Origin: Barthelona sp. PAP020
Taxonomy: Eukaryota
DNA length: 35,783 bases
Assembly: GCA_040182905.1 (NCBI GenBank)
Contig: JARQWU010000088.1
Coordinates: forward strand, 1 to 35,783
Direction of reading: 5' to 3'
Shown here: piece by piece, positions 23,001-29,043 of the stretch
Layout: every line of letters begins with the position of its first letter
How positions within the stretch are numbered: the stretch's first letter is position 1
The notes under the pieces: model-generated
Seen by the model: the letters and a program-made list of their open reading frames with translations, nothing else
Databases searched by the model: none
What the model was told of the DNA's origin: nothing
Position numbers and translations under genes: made by a program

Positions 23001-25362
23001 GTGTAAAAGTAAATGCATCATTTGCTGAGACAAAACGTAATTCTTTAGATAAATCAAGATCAGGCTCATCTTCAAAATAAACTGTACAATTTGCCAGTCT
23101 ATTCGAACTATTTGTCACAGAAATGAAATCACTAGTGTATGTACCATTTAAAACAACACCAAAATTATAACCAGTACGATTGAACACAAGATTAGGGAAT
23201 AATAATTCTGTTTTGATAGGAATAGAATGAATTTGATTATGATTAGCAAACCTCATTTCAATTGCTGATTCAATAATATCATTGAAACGTGATTTTATCA
23301 AACCTAAATAGAAACATACTTTTAAATAGGTTGAAACCCCAGGTTCTAAAACTAATTTCAACTCAATGTCATGATCTAGCAAGGTATGATCATCATCATA
23401 CCTTTTTTTGATTATATAATTGTTACCTAATTCATCACATTCAATGTCATCAATCAAATCAATGGAAAATGGACGTTTGACATTTAACGTAGTTTCCAAA
23501 CAAATGCTACTTTGATTTTCAAAACAAATTATTTGATAAATAATATCATCTCCACTGTTTAACATTTCCTCATCAACCTTAAATTCTAAAAGATCAGTAT
23601 TACAACTAATCAAAGGTCTGATGATATTAGCTACAAATTCATATATATCACTTCTTCTGTTATTATTTTGAGCAGACCTAGCAGAAGATACGTTCATTTC
23701 AAACTCGCAAGACAATTCAGTTTCTTTCTTAGTATTAACACCAAACGAAAACTCACATGTCTCGCCAACCTTCAATAACACCCTTTTAGGTTCAATATTT
23801 ATAGGTAAACCAATTGAATGCAAATCATCTGGAATTTTATTACCATAATTATCTTGAATTAATTTTTTAATTGCAGGATCCCGAATTTTAGGCTTCCATT
23901 GAATCATTTGCTCAAAATACCCTTCATTTTTAAATTCGTATGTTAATGGATACGAAATATCGCTTGAATTTACAAGGATTTCCCCAAAATCAACAGTAAC
24001 TTTTCCATCTACAATATTTCTACCTAATTGAGTACAAGTAATGGTTGAACCCAACCCTTTCGCTTGTAAATTGATTTGTTCTGTTCGTCCATCACGATCT
24101 TCAATAAAAATCATCAACTCTTTCTTTATTGGACCATTGAAATTCAAGAAACAATTTATACATATCTCCTTTTTCGAATTTTTAGGTATAATTAAATGAG
24201 TTTCAGGCAATATAAAACTGGATTTATTCAATTCTTCCTTTGATTTCTTTTGTTTTTTATCTTTAAAATATAACATAACAGTAGCATCAATGGGAGATTT
24301 ATTTATGATTGGTAACCTTTTTTCATACCTTTCTAAAACTTTACAATCCCCAAAATCAATGGGTCTTAAAGGTATTTGTAAGTCAGGTCCAATGGAGTTG
24401 TAAGAGATAACCAATTCTTGTGTCAATGAATTTGGCTCTTGATTTTTACCTCCAATGATTTTTAATGGCAACAAGAAGTCATATTTACCTAAACGTTCTG
24501 CAACAACTCTAATTATAACCTTTCTTTCAGAATTGGCAAAAATAACATCAGATTCATACTCAATTTCAAAATGTACAAGATTTTTATATGAATCTGTCAA
24601 TTGATTCAAAGAAAACTGAACAGGCAAGGTTTCTGAAGTATTTCTCAAAGTAATAACACGTTCAGTTGGTAATCTCAAGTATATCTCCTCAAAATCAATA
24701 TTCAAAGTGCTCACCTCAATTGACGGAGTCACAACTTGATATTCCAGGGGAATAACCTTTACTGCTTCTTCCAAATCATTCACATACATTTTAATATTCT
24801 GTTTTACAAGTCCTACATTTTGTGGCAGTAAGGTGATAGTGATTTGAATCTCCTCATCAATAGGCAGAATACCTTCACAGGGTGAAATATTTATTTCACC
24901 CGAAGATACGGCTTTTGTTTGAAAATCATGAATAAACCGATAATCAATTGGAATTCCGCCGATATTTTTTAAAGTGAAGAAAAGATCATGAGAAAAATTA
25001 CATGATAAGGTCTCTAAATTGAAAGAAGAAGGTGTCAATTCAAATCTAGGACCACAAACATTTCCACCAACTGTTTGAATCAACATTTCATCAACACCTT
25101 TTATCGAACATGGTATTTCAAGTTTAAAAGGTCCAATCAATTGTGGCGTAATTGTAATTTCAACTTCTGTCTCAGAATGGCTCAATAATTGACCACTACT
25201 CGGTTCAACAGCAACTAAATAATCGGAATATGTTGAAAAATTACCAAAATTATAAGATGTATCAGATGATCCTTTGTTAATTAACATCGTTGTAAATTTG
25301 AAAGGAACATTCAAATACACCTCTCGAAAGTGTACATTTGAATCCCCAAATGTGTAAAACAT
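11038..25362 (-). CDS. HYDIN: Hydin, axonemal central-pair protein (4774 aa, no introns), apparently lacking the family's N-terminal part
   Basis: Many tandem ASH/Ig-like repeats (xxFGxV...xxNxGxxP...FxIxPxxGxI). Lys-rich charged inserts. Central degenerate adenylate-kinase-like segment. Hydin-like motifs RPLCHFE, FNIINPTGRTYDYQW, ISLNNWLNQLQRF and terminal WVFFLKG. Confidence 0.93.
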   Translation of the reverse strand: MFYTFGDSNVHFREVYLNVPFKFTTMLINKGSSDTSYNFGNFSTYSDYLVAVEPSSGQLLSHSETEVEITITPQLIGPFKLEIPCSIKGVDEMLIQTVGGNVCGPRFELTPSSFNLETLSCNFSHDLFFTLKNIGGIPIDYRFIHDFQTKAVSSGEINISPCEGILPIDEEIQITITLLPQNVGLVKQNIKMYVNDLEEAVKVIPLEYQVVTPSIEVSTLNIDFEEIYLRLPTERVITLRNTSETLPVQFSLNQLTDSYKNLVHFEIEYESDVIFANSERKVIIRVVAERLGKYDFLLPLKIIGGKNQEPNSLTQELVISYNSIGPDLQIPLRPIDFGDCKVLERYEKRLPIINKSPIDATVMLYFKDKKQKKSKEELNKSSFILPETHLIIPKNSKKEICINCFLNFNGPIKKELMIFIEDRDGRTEQINLQAKGLGSTITCTQLGRNIVDGKVTVDFGEILVNSSDISYPLTYEFKNEGYFEQMIQWKPKIRDPAIKKLIQDNYGNKIPDDLHSIGLPINIEPKRVLLKVGETCEFSFGVNTKKETELSCEFEMNVSSARSAQNNNRRSDIYEFVANIIRPLISCNTDLLEFKVDEEMLNSGDDIIYQIICFENQSSICLETTLNVKRPFSIDLIDDIECDELGNNYIIKKRYDDDHTLLDHDIELKLVLEPGVSTYLKVCFYLGLIKSRFNDIIESAIEMRFANHNQIHSIPIKTELLFPNLVFNRTGYNFGVVLNGTYTSDFISVTNSSNRLANCTVYFEDEPDLDLSKELRFVSANDAFTFTPYKFTLAPFESLDIKVTYRAPAESYSSATLFLEVEGGPLYQLFLKAQASSMNYKLSHQLLDFSNLFIGVHKKKTINLMNTGKSKFSFNFMRSSTNFLNNNILIDIKPSKGVLNHNESVDIEVDLISYKVDDFMVDYDLMLDYLNPIKVKITGTAILPYIELPLPRLRMRNEIKKYGNNIGFNCDELAFDFVSISELQKTCKDNFDLAIGNKSGSVDVREITYFRYFLNMGDLSLKETVVKTIKLTNQSVSNISIDFSKHSKQTHLYGLSINPLRIDNLPPGKDTDIRISYNSSETPNKIFNLEETDFNTVIKSFMFELPISINDFDSSFGLVMGFKIHEKNLMVSQNEVKQKNLLPEKLYKIPLELFNPTAVPINWSIDVKKLMFQPSIGKYGFMAIESTVSLSSKNGQLKSEEECQLYLKFIPPASGNYTTSLVISMEGSDRLITIPVEFEVDKVDFVIIDETVDETTEMLHKDLVFDSVMPYSNRNIIAEQYQKEKEIILDKIQKEEEKNSKKKKPSLDIIEQLQKELEEVETKEKNIDKKGGFVSSKTLMIKNNNLEDMEIACLELQDHFEAIKPLMKTRRKTPKTPGTAKSTKKDTKVSFKIEGPTIDTKKVQEPQFAGQLPENSMELQMPWMKNGYTLPPTISDDNNQMEEEEEDNIDLNDGFNYDSFNKGRNYDYDGLANYDDVGDQVPFINTVSVAHSTPQVELERVNDDSVNIICMGFNCEEKISILDKLYEDMNLPIVTIDDILDEILLADIENSELCIMKGSNEIESALESILEKEQRLRGKKKRDTDELWQLNANLFGLVESSMILANLFGFDCTDYELFSRSYLEYSIFVKLLSIGLNQQKFSNGIIFEDIRSKYFDVNSVLVSSESFSKEKFDPTDFSMNDQLIRLKAIFESFALCEKFKKVHLMFSFDDIISIAYKYIDDIDQEIDNLSSFKENARQFMKFDYLDEEEFDKLPLKQKDIVEGESRITLRYEKVSNKLIKYLDTIKDELIDFIEKEQIAIDLKNQPKEEVIVEPVNVKKGKKSARKSKNKNEPEPEPIVEPQQEVNPIDSYFLKGIPLMHSEPTNRSSLKLCEVLYQEAQLVSSYNGKVLNELIADHKKELLAHEAELELKRQMKLEEAERHKGKTDSDEMKEALEEYEDSDEVILDSNKENIEILKADIDDVTTGLNIVSEAGKDISSNATTIVYGLENEEMIFIDDLIDFLEKNRLKPPLTARETFREVQKRNEENIEENDLIISKTDKGLENPFNFVNTSVSLAFKIFSESNSEENQNSWLIKAGETLKLTIEFRSDDLNEFNLNLHFLPAYLLPLDAFTFDLVMNFRPSKYLALKNNVRFLETREYKLSLLHQVSLHAKCESPTVIFDNSVMFGKHDIMKKAINVFWTTELYQHFIQLQKIVGQQFNMNNINEFIHSEAVAQYMQEKDLTIDSLNNMADIEDDNEKSILGQVIRLKQSFIEVRFDKRQNYLYFDLVPVSGNAIIDPFTPVYSGYNGLQYFIQNSNIKGCHLITLRNPTEFHTNVNIRFSNDGLGYNSKGLAYQMSSVLDANLIPSVQPESKKGKRTTKTGNNNEISDAMNEGSFSLLEKNREHSKCASFYLSHQNIEIEPKTDFKLYVWFVPQYMGRIFENLIVFIKDTEVQHRIKLMGIGAYPKPSVSEKELDFGRVLVERSVIKTITISNDGNSPVNFELKPSNDSSELPCQTLSETAGILKRNEKKDIKIITSSEKAQQFDFELDCIFTLNQPYLSTFSADDENREKAFVCKVEKIHIFGEIYEVVLSVGAISDVIVSSTDPKSDDTDNTNTNLQFGMVRIADTKKKTLRLKNRGIYPLKFVVNQRNSEFTNCIKISNLESVLQPVSQAQTAGKKAKKTKNEDSGINEFDLEIEWSPVRKLKLNQSNEINITLYDEQSNEKVGSIPLFITCEAIYSLFSLNPKNTLNFGPLSFESTISRTFELHNQGQFAFNCTFLSKKMIIEGNDEIEQLDDKKKSKTGKSSKKGVNDDNLDSISIGPYTISPACIEVPANAFQMINVTFNPSRKYIDQDTIVEKESALWNSALYCRVDYSKIDTERIFALAENREITEDMYGYKFILRGQGCDGMIDTSINKLFEGNNIVNNTSIVESNVLPNLTAFIEDQMFNIGHVMLGTSSSFNLCVHNIAKIETQVLFVLRSHNEVTEVNTGKKSSRRPKSGHKEMSEDVIFQIEEDSLFLNSYETKYIPIKFSPKNLQTYTNILDIYVVSKGSEKNLVSSIDIVGEGILPVCSVQYDDVDLSTKAFSYLQQKRDLNAAKVKPKAKGKTNEVTEPTNVQNQLAFPIISHMKRSERCLYVENKGYVEARLNISFISDLDDETQGLSRLNGFSLGVGSSQLMKLSVGHNMKVNIEFDPNKAPLPEDDGSNILRSIVNAYLKIEIEKNPFNTLYIPLTALILLSPVELSKEELTFKDLSMNEMHEQTFDLINTSNDVQRFAINTSSIAEINQQLNCECIKVSPTMGHISAKASSQLSLSVNPTTPIDLSKVIIPIMVQTIKIDDEAVTLNGDWNNELTTTKWFTPQEFLELKNQTEKLEKTSKKGKKGKKDSSKGSGSIGFEIPDDVDLESDEPFEVVMKVNEPEFSSLKEPASIDLTLNANCDFCKYELDSNVSQRLESKGFVKFKRTYMYQSRIFNFSVKNISKTTLSYDWTCFATNLNNEYGIVPYTISPRAGHIGSDMQVDFEVRFSPLEVHDNAFTFVANISNLADGYSQLEIPFDAETLRPLCHFETEFISANDALAEGCSSLPDGKPWNLDILKNYNIIRLESRGINVIKTLAFNIINPTGRTYDYQWRCLDNVSGEVIIRTKNSIASQEFVLKTPQGRIEPGKLSRTVFEYRPSTLSMKLSVWEFIIPQQKISQKFLLIGSSMESQLYLSKNSVNFGSVLIEKTLVETVKIHNDESFPYSFSIENSILLDENRCEVIKIEPEHGTIPSNGEAELKIFFTPTSQKLSNFNSIISIPHKSGKLRLNIKGQGFLIDEKVFLTMPDKQPQLLSPNKVNTIDFGMLQLNQTMATPFKVRNNGIVPLNYKLMTNFENALKKVGNKIGKSSLDQLKLKYKTIIPTTNGGIIQPNEEINCSFTINTTKELTMVENDKIRCFITIGPSDDIRYALNFVGIIKKPKIHFSSKVLNFGKIFTVKPEVTPEIINLTLRNDDTNLIFIDIPSKLPGWIEHNLAPLTLSPAEEKTFDIRFVGTETGKFSYVIPFKINEGLSTVNVSVLAQCLEPELLIKAVGSETILETLNHRYNNVRVNQTTGNTFELLNQTLLPIKTQFQIGSTISSLLDKFKVNVEEIIIPPRSSKQINIDFTPDKRLATIDAWLIAEFCGMSKRIIQFSGRSIGYEAKIDMESITFAPVVLGNSVQRQLPIHNYGDLPFSFEVDLKSDVFDISPRKGYISPSEHFILTIDFNPKSVNNSMSTVINFNFDNPQLSAIPLLINGSCIAIEPDNVELVKMECKVREKTSANITLNTTSLGIRTEGKYHIPLVLQGDIDDFNVPSQVEIVHGKDFNVQIEFSPKSVSVSKASLFLPLPSGEAFSLNIEGTGMIPEPLPCEKVEFAAQSSISHRISLNNWLNQLQRFAILCKFEDLHNIDQDAVVVDDYVPVTDILDTIKSKIIRFSCPPMIDVPGNMTKSFILQLNSFKPGKFKIWFKFMNRSSNQFIELPLEVSVSEPEPIGPIKMETPLRKSIEHAIVLDNPLRTATIFKLTCDNNEEIEYPNELQLIQGRREFSFNIRYIPQKESPSQCKLTLFSEHLGSIIYLLDLVPLSPLPEPTVSFRCSLGSITSQMPKIKNPLSSGTAQLSVKIEGPGASSFSLDQTSYNISSKETQPFITPMIRFEPSSIGTFRATCIINSPQTSSFIVPLTGISQFPKPVGPILVKGTASIPFHNIFNHQCEYTLRMDNSMFSCKNTETFGAKANGNIQVTYKGGLPEAMGRLTVSVEDLEWVFFLKGKK

Positions 25363-25520
25363 TAAAAAACTTTAAAGAAAAAAAATTAAATTTCATTCTT
25401 CATTTAATTTACAAAAAAGTTGTGAACATATCAATTGAACGACTCAAACTTTAAATATTGACAAAAACAAATAAAAAAATACACATTTTATTAACAGAGT
25501 TTTGAACATCAGAATTTACA

Positions 25521-26912
25521 TCAATTTTCCCAATTGGTGTGGAAAGTTTCACCAGGTTTATCATCTCTTTCATAAGTGTGAGCACCAAAACAATCTCTTT
25601 GAGCTTGAATCAAATTTGCTGGTAATTTGTTGATTCTTTGAGTAGATATGAAAGAAATGGCATTATTCATACAAAGTAAAGGAATTCCATTGACTAACAT
25701 ATCACCAACAACCTCAGACAATGTAGTTTGAGCTTCAAAATCAATGTATTTTGCAATACTTTCATCAACTCTCCATTCATCACTTTTTAAAGCATTGGAG
25801 AAAAGATTCAATGTGAATTCTGATCTAATAATACACCCTTGCCTCCATATATCAGGAATGTCACCCATAGGAATGGCCCAATCTGTCTTTTTGGACATGT
25901 GCTCAATAATTTCAAACCCTTCAATATAAGCGGTAACAATTGCAGTTTCTAACGCTTTGTGAACTTTTTCAAGTTCAATCTTTTGATTGCCTTTTTGCAA
26001 TGCAATTGTTTCTCCGTAAGACTTTTCAAACTTTTGCATAGACAACATTCTTGCTGTAACAGCAGCAGTCAATGTGGGAAGAGGAATCAACTCTTCAAAA
26101 GCAGTTTGAACTGTCCACAAACCAGTACCTTTCATTTTAGCCAAAGATTTAATTTTTGGTAACAACAAACCTTCATCTAATTCATCCTCTTTTTGAAGAA
26201 TCTGTGAAGTAATTTCAAACAAATATCCAGAAGTGGCACCTTCTTTTGACCAAAGAGTAAAAATATCAACAAGGGAAGAATAATCCAAAATATTCTTCAA
26301 ATAGAGATACATTTCAGAAATAATTTGCATTATAGCATACTCAATTGCATTATGCACCATCTTAACAAAATGACCTGCTCCACCAGGTCCCAAATGAGCA
26401 ACACAACTTCCAACAGATGATTGGGCAGCAGCTTTTTGCAAAATAGGTCCAACGACTTTCCATGAATCTTCAGATCCACCAAACATCATTGAAGGACCTT
26501 CTAAAGCTCCTATCTCTCCTCCAGAAACGCCTAGACCAACAAAATGAACATCAGCATCAGCACACCTCTTAAATCTCCTTTCTGTGTCTTTAAAAAAAGA
26601 ATTTCCTCCATCAATAATAATATCTCCTTTCGACAAAGAATCTTGAGCAAATAAATTATCAATCATCATATCAACTGGTTTACCAGCATTAACCATCAAA
26701 AGAAATATTCTTCGTTTTCCTTCAAAAGAATCAAGCAATTCAATCATGCTATGAGTAGGAATAAAAATACCCTCATCATTATAATCAGCAATAAATTTGT
26801 CTACTTTTGCAACAGTTCTATTGAATATAGAAACTTTAAAACCCCTGGATGCTAAGTTTCTTGCAAGACTAGCACCCATAGTACCTAAACCAATAACAGC
26901 AATATCAGCCAT
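25521..26912 (-). CDS. PGD: 6-phosphogluconate dehydrogenase, decarboxylating (long form, probably NADP+), 463 aa
   Basis: GLGTMG Rossmann motif, FNRT, IIDGGNS, VSGGEIGALEGPSMMFGG, GHFVKMVHNAIEY, KGTGLWT, WRQGCIIRS, NLIQAQRDCFGAHTYER. True start is ATG 26912 (MADIAV), not the track's TTG at 27056. Confidence 0.97.
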   Translation of the reverse strand: MADIAVIGLGTMGASLARNLASRGFKVSIFNRTVAKVDKFIADYNDEGIFIPTHSMIELLDSFEGKRRIFLLMVNAGKPVDMMIDNLFAQDSLSKGDIIIDGGNSFFKDTERRFKRCADADVHFVGLGVSGGEIGALEGPSMMFGGSEDSWKVVGPILQKAAAQSSVGSCVAHLGPGGAGHFVKMVHNAIEYAIMQIISEMYLYLKNILDYSSLVDIFTLWSKEGATSGYLFEITSQILQKEDELDEGLLLPKIKSLAKMKGTGLWTVQTAFEELIPLPTLTAAVTARMLSMQKFEKSYGETIALQKGNQKIELEKVHKALETAIVTAYIEGFEIIEHMSKKTDWAIPMGDIPDIWRQGCIIRSEFTLNLFSNALKSDEWRVDESIAKYIDFEAQTTLSEVVGDMLVNGIPLLCMNNAISFISTQRINKLPANLIQAQRDCFGAHTYERDDKPGETFHTNWEN

Positions 26913-27615
26913 TTGATAAAATATAAAATAAACAAAAGGGAAAAAGCTTCTGCAAGAAACCGAATTTTTTTTTGTTGGGTTAAAAAATTGTTGAAAGGTG
27001 GCAGATTCTTTTTTTTGAAAATAATTTTTGCATTTAATTTTGTTTAAAATCTGCAAGTAATTATTAACAAATTGAAAAGAAAAGAATCAAAAGTTAAAAA
27101 AAAGATTGACATCATTATTTGTAAAAGCTTTTTTCTTTGAGATTAATGGGAATTGGAATCTTTGAACAAACTAACTCAAAACAAATAATATTTGGATAGG
27201 CATTGGCAACTTGTGTTGTAAATGTGTTTCAAAAATTACATCAAAAGGGAATGATCATTAACAATATTTTTACCCCATTTCATGGAAAAATGACAAGGAA
27301 AAATTTTCAAATGGATTTTTTCAAGCAAATTTTTCAATTTTCATTCTGAAAATCTTTAAATAAAAATTAAATTGTTAATTTTAAATAAAAGTGTTAATCT
27401 GACTCAATGAGATTATTTTTTTTTCAAAACAAAATACCGAGCTTTATATCAATTTCCAAAAAAGAAAGAGAAATTTTTTTTTCATTGAGTAATAGTTGAC
27501 ATTCAATTCTAACTGTGATTTGTTGATAGAAAATATAACAATTTCTGCATTGTATTAATGTAATAAAGTTATCTATTTCATTCTTTTTTTCTTTTTTTCT
27601 TTTGACAAGTATTAA

Positions 27616-28896
27616 ATGCATGATCCATTAGCAGCAGTTGTCTTATCTCCACAAATAACGAAAGCAGAAAAGAAAATTGATATTATCAGTCACATTAGTG
27701 AAATATTAGAAAATACATCAATTTGGCCCCGAAATACGATTATTTCAGTTCAAATTGAACCAATAAAAGCTTTATTGGACTCATTTCGAAGATATGACTA
27801 CAGAACAACGACAAGTATTTGTTTAAATATGATAAATGAGAATTTCTTCACAGATGTTGATCCACTATTGAGAATAATTGTATTGTATTGTGGTGCTGTA
27901 TCTTGTGTAAAATTACAAAGAATTGAAGGATTTACCCAAATAATGGATTTTTATGGTTCACCTTTTGAGGAAAAAAATACTTTTCAAGGAAACACAAACA
28001 CATATAAAAATTTGTTTGGATATATTAGTCCCTTAATCATGTTTGTACTTTGGGCTAAAAGTCCTCTATTAAAATTGGAAAATCACTCGAAAGAAACCAA
28101 AAATATTGCTGTTCATTTAGTTTTTAAACGTTTGTCAAAAGTTTTGTCCATATTTTTAACATATTTACATCGAAAAAATATTTCTACTGAAAATTCAAAA
28201 AAATCACACTGTACTTCGTTAGATTTTTGGAAAACTTCTCCATTTCAAGTTTTAAATGATATACCTTTTCAAACAGGGGATGAATCATATCAATATGGTG
28301 ATTTTTTCTCTGATGAATTCTATATTTCAACAGTCTTATATTTAAGAGAACAAATTAGCGCCTTTTCAATATTTGTGAATCGTTATAAGCTAGGAATTAA
28401 TCAATTAATTCAATGTCTTGAAATTTCCGCAAATCCTATTTATTTTGACTATTTGGGACGGATTTATTATCATATGGGCAATTTGACGGAGGCTCAGAGA
28501 TATTGGCAAATTTTTGCTGGAACGAAAACCAAACTCAATGAGATTCTTTGTGCCTCTTTGGAAGCAAGAAATCTTACAAATTCTGCGTTGATAGCATTTG
28601 CCAAAAAAGATTTGGCTGCAGCGATTTCTGATTTTACTTTGGCAGCTGAATACAATGTTGTGGAAGCACTTCAAGGATTGTGTACTGTGGGTATGTTGAA
28701 AACAAAATCATTAGAAACGTTAGATCTGTGTTTAGATGTTTTGGAAAAATATCCTCACAACATTCCCATCAGTTTAATGAATGAAATACATTCTTTATTT
28801 GAAACCAGAGGATTTTATCATGTTGAATATGCACAAAATGCATTAGTTAGTCTGTTTAAAAAAATTGCCCCTGAAGCTCAACTTTTTGAAATATGA
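27616..28896 (+). CDS. TPR protein, probable TRAPPC12 (TTC15/TRAMM) homologue
   Basis: TPR helices (LGRIYYHMGNLTEAQRYW; NSALIAFAKKDLAAAISDF). The segment VKL...FYG......Y....G.ISPLIMFVLWAKSP resembles TRAPPC12 as I recall it (LVKL...PFG...YPG.RGSMVPFSMRILHAEL). Confidence 0.6.
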   Translation: MHDPLAAVVLSPQITKAEKKIDIISHISEILENTSIWPRNTIISVQIEPIKALLDSFRRYDYRTTTSICLNMINENFFTDVDPLLRIIVLYCGAVSCVKLQRIEGFTQIMDFYGSPFEEKNTFQGNTNTYKNLFGYISPLIMFVLWAKSPLLKLENHSKETKNIAVHLVFKRLSKVLSIFLTYLHRKNISTENSKKSHCTSLDFWKTSPFQVLNDIPFQTGDESYQYGDFFSDEFYISTVLYLREQISAFSIFVNRYKLGINQLIQCLEISANPIYFDYLGRIYYHMGNLTEAQRYWQIFAGTKTKLNEILCASLEARNLTNSALIAFAKKDLAAAISDFTLAAEYNVVEALQGLCTVGMLKTKSLETLDLCLDVLEKYPHNIPISLMNEIHSLFETRGFYHVEYAQNALVSLFKKIAPEAQLFEI

Positions 28897-29043
28897 GTGT
28901 AAACAATTTATTTTTCAAATACATTTCTTTTTTTAACCATTTTTAGATATTAATTGACAATTAAATCAATAAATACATGAAAAAATAGAAAAGAAAATTT
29001 TTGAAAAAAAAGTGAATAAAACCCTTTCCTCATTTTTAACAGA

